Assembly (NCBI GenBank): GCA_030295235.1
Contig: AP026130.1
Span: forward strand, 620,001 to 684,000
Direction: 5' to 3'
DNA from: Fistulifera solaris
Lineage: Eukaryota
DNA length: 64,000 nt
Shown in pieces: positions 48,388 through 62,708 of this stretch (position 1 is the first letter of the stretch; the number at the start of each line of letters is the position of its first letter). The notes beneath the pieces were generated by a model. It saw nothing but the letters and a program-made list of their open reading frames with translations, did not search any database and was not told the DNA's origin. The translations under genes were made by a program, and so were the position numbers.

Positions 48388-50074
48388 TCATGAGCATTTG
48401 GAAAGCGAGCTCTGCAAATCTTCACTCATGTTTTTCAAAGCTTCTTGTGCTGCAGATAGTTCACCGAAAAGTGAGGTCATTTCCCGTTTACAAAGCGCTC
48501 CTTGCTCCAATAACTGTTCTTGATAGCTAAGTACTTCAAGATCCATTTTCTTTTGAGCCTCCGTTCGGAAAGCATCCAAAGCGCGCTTCGTTGTTTGTTC
48601 AGCTTCAGCAAGCAGATCGTTAGTTCTTGCCTCGAGGCTTTCAAATTTCTGCTTCCATTCACTCGAAATAAGTTTCGTCTTCTCTTGTAAAACCTGATCG
48701 AAATGTTGTTCCGAGTACAGCTCGGCAGCTTTGTCCATCACATTTAGAACTTCATCGTATTTGCCTTCAAGGCTATTCAGCTCATTTTTGAGTCTCCCAT
48801 TTTCTGCCGTGTATAATGTGACTATGCTCTCCAACTCGGAAACGACCCCTTGCTGTTCGCTGATCCTCAGTTGACATTCCTGTTCGATCTTTCTTGTAAT
48901 AGCATTGGATTCGTTCTGGACTTGCTCGTGGACTATAGCATTCTTTTCTGTATTTTCAAGTAACGTAGCCAGTTTCATTTGAAGCTCTTCCTTTTCTGTT
49001 TGAAGCCCTGCATACTGCTCAAGGAGAGACGCGTGGTCTTCGGCTAATTTGATCTCTCTTCCATAAGCTTGCTTACTCTCTTGGACCTGAATTAAAGCAT
49101 TTTGTTCAAGCTTTTCCAGCAATAAGGCATTCTCTTTCAGCAGTTGGTCTTTTCCGACTCCACAAGGCTTTTCCATTGGGCATCCAGCTCTTTCAACTTT
49201 CTCTCGGTCTCCTTTTCTGAAACCAGTGCATCAGCCTGTAGCCGTCGTAGCAAATTATCTTTTGACGAAGAACCTGGACAGTTTCGTGTCGGTAAGACTC
49301 GATTCCCGACAAGCGCTTCTCGACAGAATGTAGCGTCGACTGCAGAAGACCAGAAAAGTCAGTAATTTGCGCTGACAAAGCATGATCCTCTCCTAGCGCG
49401 GCATGACAATCGCCCAGCAGTTTATTTATCTCCTCTTTCCTTCCCAGCAGTTCAAGTCCATCCTTCGTCTCTAAACTAGCCCCCAACAATTTGACGCGCT
49501 CCGTTTCGATGAAGGTGACATGGAGCTCTTGCGACAACTCGTCGGCGCCCACCGGCGACGGTAACTCACTGGCTTCCTGCAATTCCCCGATTTCTAAATC
49601 TGAAATTTTGACTTGTCGTTGCAAATCTTCGACGGTACGAATCAAATCTTCCACTTCCTTCTTATATCGATTCTCGACCAGCAACATGTGTTCACTGCAC
49701 ATATCATCTAGGCCCACCGTGTTCTCTCCCGACGCGTTCGCTTTGTTTCTCATTAAAGCTTGTAATTTCTCAATTTCTAGTGTAGATTCTTGAAGTTGTG
49801 TCTCCAATTGCTTCGTATCGGAGATAGACCGTAACTTGTCATCGAGATCGGACTGAATCTTTTCTAGTCGCTGCGGTAAAGCAGCAGCGGCTAAATTCCA
49901 TTGTTCGCGTTGTTCGGCCAAGGATTGTACGATTTCGTCTACATCCGTTAATAATGCAACGCTAGTTGCTGCGCTGACCAAGGGTATAGCCGACAGCGAG
50001 AATAGGAAAACGAGCGCTGCGAGAACGGTGTATCTGCTCGGCCCGCCTGTGGTCATCGAATATGATTTTCTCAT
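48388..50074 (-). CDS. Signal-peptide coiled-coil protein, partly similar to the 38.7-43.7 kb protein; frameshifts at ~49260-49263 and ~49150-49153
   Basis: Signal VLAALVFLFSLSAIPLVSA. Two added A's give continuous LRQKDNLLRRLQADAL...VESEKDQLLKEN. EWKQKFESLEARTNDLLAEAE resembles EWKRKFQDLEDKSRALLLQTE. The 3' end is uncertain. Confidence 0.7.
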
Positions 50075-50482
50075 TTCGAATTCTTCTTTCGTAAGTGCTC
50101 AAGAGATGCAATATATCAGCTTATTGTTGATCTAGACCCTACAGTATCCATCGCTACAAAGCTTTTATGTCTTCTTTTTGCTCGCGACGATGATCTTCAT
50201 GTTTCATCATCTCATCTTGAGATCACGCGCTTCTCCCTCCATCCTAAGTCCCGCTTTGAAAGTACTTTTTCTCGTATCCTTGGCAGTCACGAGTCACGAG
50301 TGTCTTTTGCATTATTTTGCATCCACGTGGATGCCTGAAGCGACTTTTGCTGCTAAGGCTATGAAGCTAAGCCAAACTTCTAGAAGCGACTATCCAATCA
50401 ACATCAGAGTAGGTAGCGATCTTTACAGCGCCATTGGTAAAGGATTTTATATTGGAATTATAATCTTGCTTGAATACTGGTT

Positions 50483-51832
50483 TCATTGCTTGGCAATGTC
50501 GACATCGGGCCATTCGCGCCACAAATGACATACGCCGCGAACGTCTTTTACGTCCTTGACGCCCTTCAAAAAGGCAGCGATCTGGTCCAATTCTCGGTCT
50601 TTGGGGTCGTCAATAAAGGACGAGCAATCGATAGCATTTTCCGGGTGGAATGAATAGGAGCTGGGAGAGTTATCGATAATGATAGCCTGAGAAAGATCCC
50701 GGTCGAGTAGCGACAAGTCTTTGACATAGTTTCCCTCGTAGTAAACACAAGACTCGCGGAATAGGCGTGTTCGAATGACTCGTTCTGGGTCCAGAAGATC
50801 TAGAAGAGGGTCGGCGTACTTGTTCAAGCTTGCCGTGTATATTACAATTTCGTAGTGCTTGGCCATTTCAACAAGAAACTCGTCAACACCGGGGCGTTTC
50901 ATAACATATACAAAGTGCACAACGTCTTCAATCTGAGAAAGGGAACGTGAGACAAGCCTCTGAGACTGGGATGAAAGAGCGCAACTACAACTCACCTGTA
51001 CAGGAATGACAAAATCGGCGCCAGGGACAGCGCGGAAACTGGAGTGAACGAGAGTCTCGTCCAAGTCCAGAACCAAACACTTCTTCCCGGTATCATCCGG
51101 ATGAATATCAGGGAGTAGTCCAGCACGACCACAATCGATAATAGAATCCTTGCTTTTCGCGGGTTCCATAGAGGATTGTACTGTCTCCCTATCGTCGGTG
51201 TCGGAAAGAAGACAGCAGCACATGGACCGAAAGCTGTCGAGGAACGCGTCAGTGCAACTATCTACAGATTCTGGCTCTTCTGTAAGTTTTCCGTCCTTAT
51301 TGATGTGCAGATTGGGCTTCATACCGCTGGGGTGTTCCAGACGAGCATTCTTGACAGCCGTGGCAGACCGAGGTGTTGAAGCGTTTCCGTAACGATCCGT
51401 CTGAGTGATAAAGTCTGGAATGGGTGCTTCTTCTGCACTATCTTTCGGCACCACAATAGGAGATTTTCGTTGACCAGGTGAACGTAAGTCGCCATTGCTG
51501 CGCACTCCGTATTGAGGAGACGGAGTCGAAGCCGCAGTTCGTGGGGTGTTGTTGTATTCATCCTCTCCGAGTTTCGTATCCACCTGCAAATTACGTTTGC
51601 TCATTTTTGATGTTCCATGTCCAGAACTATTCCGAGACACCATATTCCGGTCAGGACGTTCGGATTCCGGAGCAATACGGCGCTGCGTACGCGAACGAAC
51701 GGCTCTGGACCCCGATTCTTGCGGATCGATTTTTTCCGTTCGGTAACTGCGGCTCGAGCGAGCGGAAGACGCGTTCTCCTTGTAGTGACGCACTCTTTCT
51801 GTCGTTTGATCAGCTGCTAAACGAAAGGACAT
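50483..51832 (-). CDS. CTDSP: CTD small phosphatase (FCP1/SCP, NIF domain); in-frame intron 50933-50995; 5' exon uncertain (candidate starts at 52161)
   Basis: KKCLVLDLDETLVHSSF, KRPGVDEFL, YTASLNKYADPLLDLLD, RLFRESC, YVKDLS and IIIDNSP. Confidence 0.92.
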   Translation of the reverse strand: MSFRLAADQTTERVRHYKENASSARSSRSYRTEKIDPQESGSRAVRSRTQRRIAPESERPDRNMVSRNSSGHGTSKMSKRNLQVDTKLGEDEYNNTPRTAASTPSPQYGVRSNGDLRSPGQRKSPIVVPKDSAEEAPIPDFITQTDRYGNASTPRSATAVKNARLEHPSGMKPNLHINKDGKLTEEPESVDSCTDAFLDSFRSMCCCLLSDTDDRETVQSSMEPAKSKDSIIDCGRAGLLPDIHPDDTGKKCLVLDLDETLVHSSFRAVPGADFVIPVQVSCSCALSSQSQRLVSRSLSQIEDVVHFVYVMKRPGVDEFLVEMAKHYEIVIYTASLNKYADPLLDLLDPERVIRTRLFRESCVYYEGNYVKDLSLLDRDLSQAIIIDNSPSSYSFHPENAIDCSSFIDDPKDRELDQIAAFLKGVKDVKDVRGVCHLWREWPDVDIAKQ

Positions 51833-53098
51833 TAAGGTGAAAGCAACAAGAAAAGGTGAGCACTTAGATTGAAAAGGAACCGAGAAAAAGTATCACAAGC
51901 GTTGGGCGGTTGTTTTTGTTTCGAAGAGCGGTGAAGTGAAAAGTGTCACGGTCACGGTGTACGGACGACATCGGCGCGAAGTATTTAGTACTGTCGAACG
52001 GATTCAACTGATACTAAATAGTACAAAACTCGCCGTTGGACGAGCCCGTCTACCTCACCGTTCAAAACACCCTCCGTTTCCGTTGGCGTTCACCCTCCGC
52101 AACACGAGTTGCCGAATAATAGCGACAATGGCGATGGACCGAATATCTTGTCAAGAAACATCGAGACAACACTTCTTACTATAGATAATCAATGATCATC
52201 AACGATTTGAATGTTCTGCACTAAGCGCGCTCCGAACGATGCGTGGTAGGTTGTATTTCTCACCTGTCATGATAAATTGGCTCGACGCGCTGTTCAATTC
52301 AATTCTAGCAAACTATCTCCAAATCCAATTCTTTGCTCGACAAACCAAACCCGTCAATACAATTTTTGATGGGAAAATAAATGGACGAATGATCTTTCCT
52401 TCTCCTTCGGACTTCACGCTATACTATGTGGGAACAGCAAGTGACTGAATGAGGTTTCGAAATCGTCCACCTGAATAATTTTCTCGGTTGACTTTTTCGT
52501 TTAGCAGTTGGGGTGGATGAACGTTGAACGCTCCGGCGTACTCCAAAGCGCATGCCCAACTGTCCAAGTCCATTTTCAAATACGAAATTTAGGCGTTGAA
52601 AATTTTCTATTTAGGCGATTTGTTTGTAGTATCGGTAAAACTGGTGCTTATTCTCCTAAATACTAAAAACTGTTTGCCGTTGAACAGATTGTGACCGATT
52701 TATTTAGACTGTCACGTTTCAAACACGAGCTGCACCTGCACCATCGTAGCGATCGTCTGTCTTGCACCCGGACCTTGTGTTGCTGTTGTCAACAATAAAC
52801 GCTCTCCTTAATCTAGAGTTTCTCCGCGAAATAGGGCGAACTCAATGCTATTGCTCTCTAAATCTGCATAACATAATATGAAGAGATACCTCCGCTAGCA
52901 GTTACTCCTAGAAATTTATTCAATGAATCACTTTTGAAAGCTTCACGGATGTTTCTCACGTTCCTGTGGGTTCGTCGAATTGTCATGGTTGCAAATTCGA
53001 CCTTCGCTACCGTTATTTCAAAAACATCGAAAGTGGAAGCCATCGCTGTCTGGGATACCCAAAGTTGTCGGTAATGCTATAATTACCTTTTCACAAAA

Positions 53099-53584
53099 TC
53101 ATAACTCATTACTCGCTTCTGCCCGTTTCAATACCAATTTCGGTGTCAAACTGACCGCTTCATGCCCCGTGGCCCACCCCGCCCAGACCACGATTTCATC
53201 GCTATTTCCGTCCACTTGCAGAGTGACCGGTGTATCATGCCGCGCCGCATGAGCCCGACGACCTTCACACATGTTGGCGGGAACGAACCGAGCCCCTGCG
53301 GATACTTCCATGACGTACTGCACATTTTGCAACGAATCATCCGGAACGTGCAATCGCAATTGAAATGTCTGTTCATTCTCAAAGGTCAGACTCTCCCGAA
53401 TCCATTCGTCAGTCCCCGACTCTCGACCCATGATTTCTACCCCCGGTACTTTGGCCTGTTCGGGTGGAAGCACATCGTAATTCATGATGATCTCGTCCGT
53501 GTCGAGCTCGACGTAACACTTGAGCCACGCCGCAAAGCCCGCCGCTGGCACGAACCACACGCTCAAGAATAGTAATATTCTCAT
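53099..53584 (-). CDS. Small secretory-pathway protein (possibly Reeler-like), ending SNEL
   Basis: Signal MRILLFLSVWFVPAAG, then CYVEL..IIMN, QYVMEV, CEGRR and WAGWATGHEAVSLT. The KDEL-like C-terminus suggests ER retention. The fold call is tentative. Confidence 0.65.
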   Translation of the reverse strand: MRILLFLSVWFVPAAGFAAWLKCYVELDTDEIIMNYDVLPPEQAKVPGVEIMGRESGTDEWIRESLTFENEQTFQLRLHVPDDSLQNVQYVMEVSAGARFVPANMCEGRRAHAARHDTPVTLQVDGNSDEIVVWAGWATGHEAVSLTPKLVLKRAEASNEL

Positions 53585-53894
53585 GTGCGGAAGAATCATA
53601 TATTTCCAATGGCCAATCTTTAAGGTGGATCCGAAACGCCGCCCCAACGAAACGAATAATTGCACCAAAATCCGAAAGTGGCATTCGCTTTCGTTTTGCG
53701 GTCATCGATATTAGTATGAACCACACAGTACAAGTTCCAAGTGTAGCGTTTAGAGTGGGGAACGACATTACCGTTGCGTCTCTTGCGTCGGAGGCATCGG
53801 CGCGGCTCGACGTTGAGACTGCTTTCATTGCAACACGTTGATGACGGTGATTAGATAACGTTCCTCTTCATTCTTGCCTTTTCAATTAATCACA

Positions 53895-56411
<2,517 letters not shown>

Positions 56412-56529
56412 AATTGAAAACACGAGCTGGTTGTAACGAGCTTAAGGATAGCAACTTCTTACTATTACGTCTGTAACTCATTTTTGAGCGAGCTGCATAC
56501 CAATTCTAGAGGAGAATTATCGTTGTGTA

Positions 56530-57774
56530 CTAGACAGATTGATAGCCACGCCGCCGAATGCTGTTCCACGACCTTGTGAAAGCCACAGCCATAGAAAAGA
56601 AAACAACAACCAGTAACAAGGGGAGAATTTGGACGAGGAAGGACATTGGCAATGAAGTACCGTCTCCCAATACAGAAGCCGCCAAAGCGGTTGCCGGCAT
56701 TGCATTCAAATCACCAAAGACGAGACGCTGTGTCCAAGTTCTGGTTTCACCTGGAGCCAAATGCAACAAAAACTGGGGTTCCGGCGAAAGTGTACCTCGT
56801 TCCACGTACAAATTGTAGGCATACATTTCGTTGTTCTGCAGTTCATGCAAGGTTGACTCGATAGTAGTACCACACGCTTCCAGACGAAAAGCGCCCGTCG
56901 TCTTCCCGTCATTGAGAAACTCGGACTTTATCCGCGGTCCGGGTGGAATGGCATCTTGCCATTCGATGCGAATGGATCTGACTTTTTTGATGACACGAGC
57001 ATAGGTTCGCAGAGGCGTCGACCATGACCAAGTTCCCGGTTCTTCATACACCGGGTCACGGTTCTCACCCGCTAAATCCATTTCAAGGGCATATCCAGGT
57101 CCGACCGCATCTCCGTCGCACGTAAAAAAGTTATGGGAATACCAAACCGTCGAAAACGCATCTTGCCCCAAATTGGTCAAACTCGTCGTGACCGCCAAAG
57201 TACTCCCCGTCAAGGATATTTCCTTGAGTAACTTATACCCATACTGTCTCAATCGAATTTCTTGCTTCATTTTGACGGATGTCGGACCCGCCGCTTCCAT
57301 TTTCCATTGCGGTTCTTCCGCAAATAAGTACGGGCTGTTGAATTTGTAATCCCCCGCGGAATCACATTCGGGACACGTCCCTTTCACCAATACTCCTACA
57401 CCAATTTTAAGAAAGGGTTCTCCCAGTTTGGCTTCCGTATATCCCAATACACCATTCGTTATATCACTCCCCTGTTGCCAACCACAATGAAAGAAACAAA
57501 AGGCTCCATTGTCTCCGACCCCAAATTCGGCCGCCAATCCGACCCCACTTTCGGGCCAGTGTTCATTGTGCGGAATTCTCCACAAATCGGTGCCAAACAA
57601 TGTATGATGTCGACCGTCGGGCGTGGTGCGTTGGATGGAGCCAATCATGGAGGAATGATCAAAGCGACTGCCAGCGTAAAACGAAGTATCTTTCAAATCG
57701 GTCCGGAGACTTTCGGGAAGATACACGACCACCGAAAGCTCTCCCGTGTCTAATGTCAGATTGGCATAATGCAT
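56530..57774 (-). CDS. Uncharacterised beta-sandwich (galactose mutarotase-like) protein with C-terminal TM
   Basis: 414-aa intronless ORF with VYLP...FYAGSRFDHSSMI, FLKIGVG, LTNLG...WYSHNFF and SPEPQFLLHLAPGETRTW. A TM is followed by RRRGYQSV. Confidence 0.7.
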   Translation of the reverse strand: MHYANLTLDTGELSVVVYLPESLRTDLKDTSFYAGSRFDHSSMIGSIQRTTPDGRHHTLFGTDLWRIPHNEHWPESGVGLAAEFGVGDNGAFCFFHCGWQQGSDITNGVLGYTEAKLGEPFLKIGVGVLVKGTCPECDSAGDYKFNSPYLFAEEPQWKMEAAGPTSVKMKQEIRLRQYGYKLLKEISLTGSTLAVTTSLTNLGQDAFSTVWYSHNFFTCDGDAVGPGYALEMDLAGENRDPVYEEPGTWSWSTPLRTYARVIKKVRSIRIEWQDAIPPGPRIKSEFLNDGKTTGAFRLEACGTTIESTLHELQNNEMYAYNLYVERGTLSPEPQFLLHLAPGETRTWTQRLVFGDLNAMPATALAASVLGDGTSLPMSFLVQILPLLLVVVFFSMAVAFTRSWNSIRRRGYQSV

Positions 57775-58162
57775 TATTCACGAAATATATAAAGAAGGAA
57801 GAAACGGATGGAGCAATGTGTTAATTTTGTGTTATTGGAGTTCTTTTTGGTTATGATTTTCAAAAAGATACAATGGTATCATCGCGATGAGAAGAAGGTT
57901 CTTCGGCGGAGCAGGCTTTTTTCGCGGACATTTGGAGGAGGGTCATAGTAAAAATGTAGGAGCGTTGTGCGAAAAGATTCTGTGCATCGTAGCCAAAGAC
58001 AGACGCTAAAGCTGTATGTCCGGTGTCCGTATAACTCTAACTCTAACACAAAGGTATGATGGACTACGTCACGCGCGCGGAACGCAAAAGTAAAAAAAAC
58101 GCGACAACAACGATAACGACCATGAAAATAAAAAAAAAATAGACTAAATGTTATGAAACAAG

Positions 58163-58948
58163 ATGGTCTTCCTTAAATCGATGTCCCTTGTCTTTTTTAT
58201 TGCTGCTATCAAGTCAAATAATAGAAGCATGGCTGCATCAAGCCAGGTCACAAACAAATGATTTTATTCGCTCTTCCTCTTCTCGCACGCGAACCCTCAT
58301 GGCGTCCTCGCCCAGAGACGACAACGGCGAAGAATCCAACAATAATAACAAACTAGATCCAGCGAAACTCGGCTTTGATGCTCGAAAAAACAGTCACTCA
58401 ACGACCGCTCCACCGTCCGTACTCGCGCGTTTTACATCCCCCCGCATTGACGATCCCTATTTGCCCCTTTCCGATGTTTTGATTTCTCAAATTGTCGCCC
58501 CCGGTCTACAAGTGGTATGGCTCAGTATCAATCACGCACCGTCTCCTTCCTGGATCAAGCCGTTCTTTGGATACGCCGGTCCTGGTCTCTTTTGGCTCCG
58601 ACGTTGGTGCACGGAGCGGCAATGGCGACGTGTTTTGTCGTCGGAGCGCTGGCCGCCAAGGCGTACGAGTTGGAGGCCATTGTGCCGCGAAAAATTAACG
58701 AAACGGCCTGGGATTATACCAACGTGATTGCCCGCGTTTTACAAGCCGGTGCATTTGCGAGTGGTGTCTTGATATTAGGGACACAATTCGATTTGTATAC
58801 GCATTACGGATATGTGCAACTGGGCGATTCGCCCGAGACCGATTTCCGCCTACAAGTGGCTGTTGTAGAATTAACGAACGATATTGTTTTTGAAGCGGTG
58901 TGCTTGTTGGGATGGCGACTGTATTTAGCAAAACAAGGAGAGAGATAG
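58163..58948 (+). CDS. Uncharacterised plastid-type multi-TM protein; frameshifts at ~58193-58198 and ~58586
   Basis: The corrected frame reads MVFLKSMSLVFLLLLSSQIIEA-W...RFTSPRIDDPYLPLSDVLISQIVAP...GSLLAPTLVHGA...LLGWRLY. Confidence 0.7.
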
Positions 58949-59277
58949 TATATTGAAGTTTTCTTGAAAAACCAATAGACTAGTTTCATAAATGAGAGGC
59001 CTGCTCCATCTAGACTACAGAGGTTGTTCAGATTAGAATTACGGAGTATTATACAGTAAAGGGTTAATCTGTTTTGGTCGGAATCCGATCAATCACATCA
59101 ATACGCAAGTCGTTGACTAATTCTAAGGATGCGAGTATCAAATCGAGCTGAGTCTACGATGTGCTAACCGCACATGACACCCATCATTTACACTCGTGCA
59201 ATTATTTAGCGAATAGTCTAGGTCAGTTTGTTCTACATTATAGTGTTTTCATTCTATCAAAAAGTCGTAAGCTCTGC

Positions 59278-60025
59278 TTACTTCAGACGACGAAGTTGTT
59301 TTCGAGCGTTCAGGAGTTGCTCCGCCTCACGAAACTGTTTCCATTTGAGCACGGGTCGAAGGTTCGGGTCTAACTCAATCGCCCTGCGCACAATATGGAG
59401 GCTCTTCAACGTATTTCCTTGCTTCATTTCAAAGAGCGCAAATGCTTGCAGCACTTTCGCGGAACAAGCGCATTCGTCATCCGTGTGCAGGACCAAGCGG
59501 AAAAAGGAAAGAAAAGACTTCACGAGTCTTGGTGGCTGGGTACCCTTCGCGCTGTAAATGTAGTGCGAGCAATAGAGTCGTAACGGCAAGTTTCGCATGT
59601 CCGCACTCTTCGTCGGCTTCGGCGGCCACCAGATCATCGATGATACGACGATAGATGATCTCCGCGTGCGCGGGCTTGCCGTCTTTGATCTTTCGTAAGG
59701 CAAAGTAGTGTTTATTGGCCAAGTCAACGTAATTATCGGGGTCCTCTTGCATTTGCTGACCCAGAGCTCGCCGTCTTTCTTCACGCATGACTTTGGAATA
59801 GTAGAGAATAGCTTGATCAATCCATTCCTTTCTTTGTTGCTCTCGTCTCGATTCCTGTAAACGAGGAGCTGAACTCTCACGAATTTCAGCTAGCTCGCCG
59901 TCATTTGCGAAGCGTAGGGGTGTTCGGGCAGGAGCCATTGCCGGATATGCTTGTGAAGGTGCAAATGCAGATGCGAACAGTGGAACCGAAGAAAAGGCCA
60001 AGAGAAGTTGGACCGTCGCAAACAT
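59278..60025 (-). CDS. Plastid-targeted TPR/HAT-like protein; frameshift at ~59512-59515
   Basis: Perfect ASAFAP motif. Removing one T joins TREVFLSFFR...AKVLQAFALFEMKQG...RAIELDPNLRPVLKWKQF. Confidence 0.78.
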
Positions 60026-61189
60026 TGACAGAAAAGACTTCCGAGAAAGGTTAAAGTGAATCATCTCTGAAGTTGTAATGAACGAGGAAAGAGCTTGCAG
60101 ATAAAAGCAAGGACTTGGAGGTCGTTGGCGTCTTGAAAAAGTGATTAGAACGATCAGAACGGGAAAACATCTGTCATTTCGTGCAAAAAGAATTTTCCCA
60201 AAGAAGTTCAAGCGAATGCAAAGCATTCGAGCCTGTGAAACGTGTACTCCGAGCGCGTGTTGGCTGACATTTTTATTCAAACGGTCGAGAGTCATGAGGT
60301 CAGTATGGCTCATAAAGTAGGAATAGCAGAACCGGTACGAATGGACATTGCGCCGGTCGCACCCAACCGCGAGATTGACACGCGATGGCGGTGCGTTTCT
60401 GTTGGCGCGGCACGAGTCGGGCCTGTTGCCACGCATTACCACGGACGACTTGCGAATGGCATGCGCCCAACGCAGCTATGGTGAAAGGACCACATCGAAT
60501 CATCATTACAAGTAGCATTGAATCTAACAACAATTTACATTCAGATGAAGGTGAATGAAAGAATTAGCAGCCAAAATAGAACGATCCCATGTCTCCAACA
60601 CACAGCTGACGCCGGCTCGGGAAATCCTCGGGGTAGTACCAAAGCAAGGTCTTCGATAAAGCTATCAAATGAAGTGATTTCATTGATTATTAATTCTAAA
60701 AACATCAGGCATTAGTACATGTTCAGTAAGAATCAGTGCCAAGACGTAAGTACCCGTGACTAAATGAAGTTGAGTCGTCGAAAAGTCGTCAATACCAGTT
60801 ACTGCCCCGTCACTGCATTGCTTATAGTAAGAAAACTGTTCCTGTACTACTGGAGCTATAGTTTGTACGGATGTTGTTCCGTATGTCATTCTGTGCCATG
60901 TCCGCAAAAATTGTGACGTATGACGGCTATTGTTGTGTTGGCGTGTCCATCGAACGGAATCCGACACGATGGCATATTTCCAAGACTACAGTATTTGTTA
61001 TAGTATCCAGTGTAAAAGGGAGCATTTACTTATTTCGAAATTCCTTGTGCCGACACGTACGTTTCAACAGCTCTCTTTCGAGAGCAACAACAATAACATC
61101 ACCTTGGCTTCGGGTTTTAGAGACGCCCTATTGAGCTAGTAACTTGCAATCGCTACCAACTGATACCTTTTAACTGTGCATAAACCACC

Positions 61190-62637
61190 ATGAAGTTCTC
61201 TTGCGCAACATCCTTCTTGCTCGTTGCTTCGGCAGCTGCATTTGCTCCTTCCAGCATCTCCAGCAGACCGGTAGGTTTTTCGTAGGCATCCGAAACACTT
61301 TACAATTAATTGACAATCCTCGTTATTATCGATCTTTCCAGAGGCTACGATTCTTTGTAAACAAGTTTATTTGCGTTGTTGTTCATTTTATTCTAACATG
61401 TGTGTTTTTAGGCAACTGCCATCTTCGGCGATCCCAACCAAAATCCTTTCGGCAACCAACCATCGATCCAATGGGGTGGCAATGATAGCGATCCAAATGC
61501 CAAGACCATTCGTCTTCGTGAACGTCTCAATGAGGCCGACACCGAGCGTCGTAAGGCAGAGGAAGAGGCTCTCCAACGTGAACGTGCTGCGGAAATCCGA
61601 CGCGAGGAACGAATGAGAAAGATTGCGTACATGCAACAAATGCCGGACAATCAGCCGGCTGGTACCGGTGAGTACGCGCGTGCCCTTATTAATCATTCCT
61701 GTAAGATAATAGTCTAACATTCCCCTGCTTTTGTTCAGTCGAGGAATTCATGTTCAAAGAGGGTGTCCAAGATCAGCTCGATAAACTGGACCGTGAGTTG
61801 GTCGGCTTGCTCCCCGTCAAGAAGCGTGTCAAGGAAATCGCCGCTTTGCTTGTTTTGGATAAGATGCGCCGTAAGTTGGGCTTCGAAACGTCGGTTCCTT
61901 CTCTGCACATGTGCTTCACCGGAGCCCCGGGAACCGGAAAGACCACCGTTGCCGTTCGAATGGGACAAATTCTGGCAAAGATGGGTTACTCTCGCCAGGG
62001 ACACGTTGTGCTAGCGACTCGTGATGATCTGGTGGGTCAGTATGTCGGTCACACCGCGCCCAAGACCAAGGAAATGATCAAGAAGGCTATGGGTGGTGTT
62101 CTTCTTGTCGATGAAGCTTATTACCTATACAACGCAGCGAACGATCGCGATTACGGTCAAGAATCCATTGAGATTTTGCTCAACGTGATGGAGACGCAGC
62201 AAGATGATCTTGTGGTCGCCTTGGCTGGTTACAAGGACCGTATGGATAAGTTCTTCTCGTACATTCCGGGTATGATGTCTCGTATCGGTAACCACATTGA
62301 CTTTCCGAACTATTCGGCGGAGGAGTTGGTCCAGATTGCGTCGGTCATGGCTGGGCAGCTCGAGTATGATATTGACAACAACGCGTACAATACATTCTAC
62401 CACTACATTCAAAAGCGCATGGAGCTTCCTTATTTCTCGAATGCCCGTACTGTGCGAAACGCCATGGACCGTGCTCGAATGAACTCTGCTATCCGAACGT
62501 TCGATCGTTTCGCTATTCGTGGTGAAAATGGAGGTGTATGCACGGTCCAAGACTTAAAGAGCATTACTTCAGAAGATTTCCAGGTTCTTTTGGACGACAT
62601 CCTCTATGCGGATGCCGACAAACGTATTTTCGCGTAA
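61190..62637 (+). CDS. cbbX: Nuclear-encoded red-type Rubisco activase CbbX (AAA+); introns ~61271-61411 and ~61668-61737
   Basis: Presequence ...ASAAA-FAP, LVGLLPVKKRVKEIAALL, HMCFTGAPGTGKTT, DLVGQYVGHTAPKTKE, DEAYYL, RDYGQESIEILL and FSNARTVRNA. Confidence 0.96.
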
Positions 62638-62708
62638 ATCTAGCCATTAGTTGGTAATCGTTTTCCTTAGTGATAACCCGTTTCATTAAGTTAGGCAAAA
62701 CTCGAGTT

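Noticed and set aside
52089..52110. ...SCCGG-TGA as a possible selenocysteine codon
   Set aside because: No selenoprotein homology, the read-through frame is not recognisable, and I identified no SECIS.
60070..61180. 1.1-kb intergenic region with several short ORFs and the long 5' extension of ORF 59477-60442
   Set aside because: No recognisable domains; best explained as the divergent promoter region of the TPR gene and cbbX.
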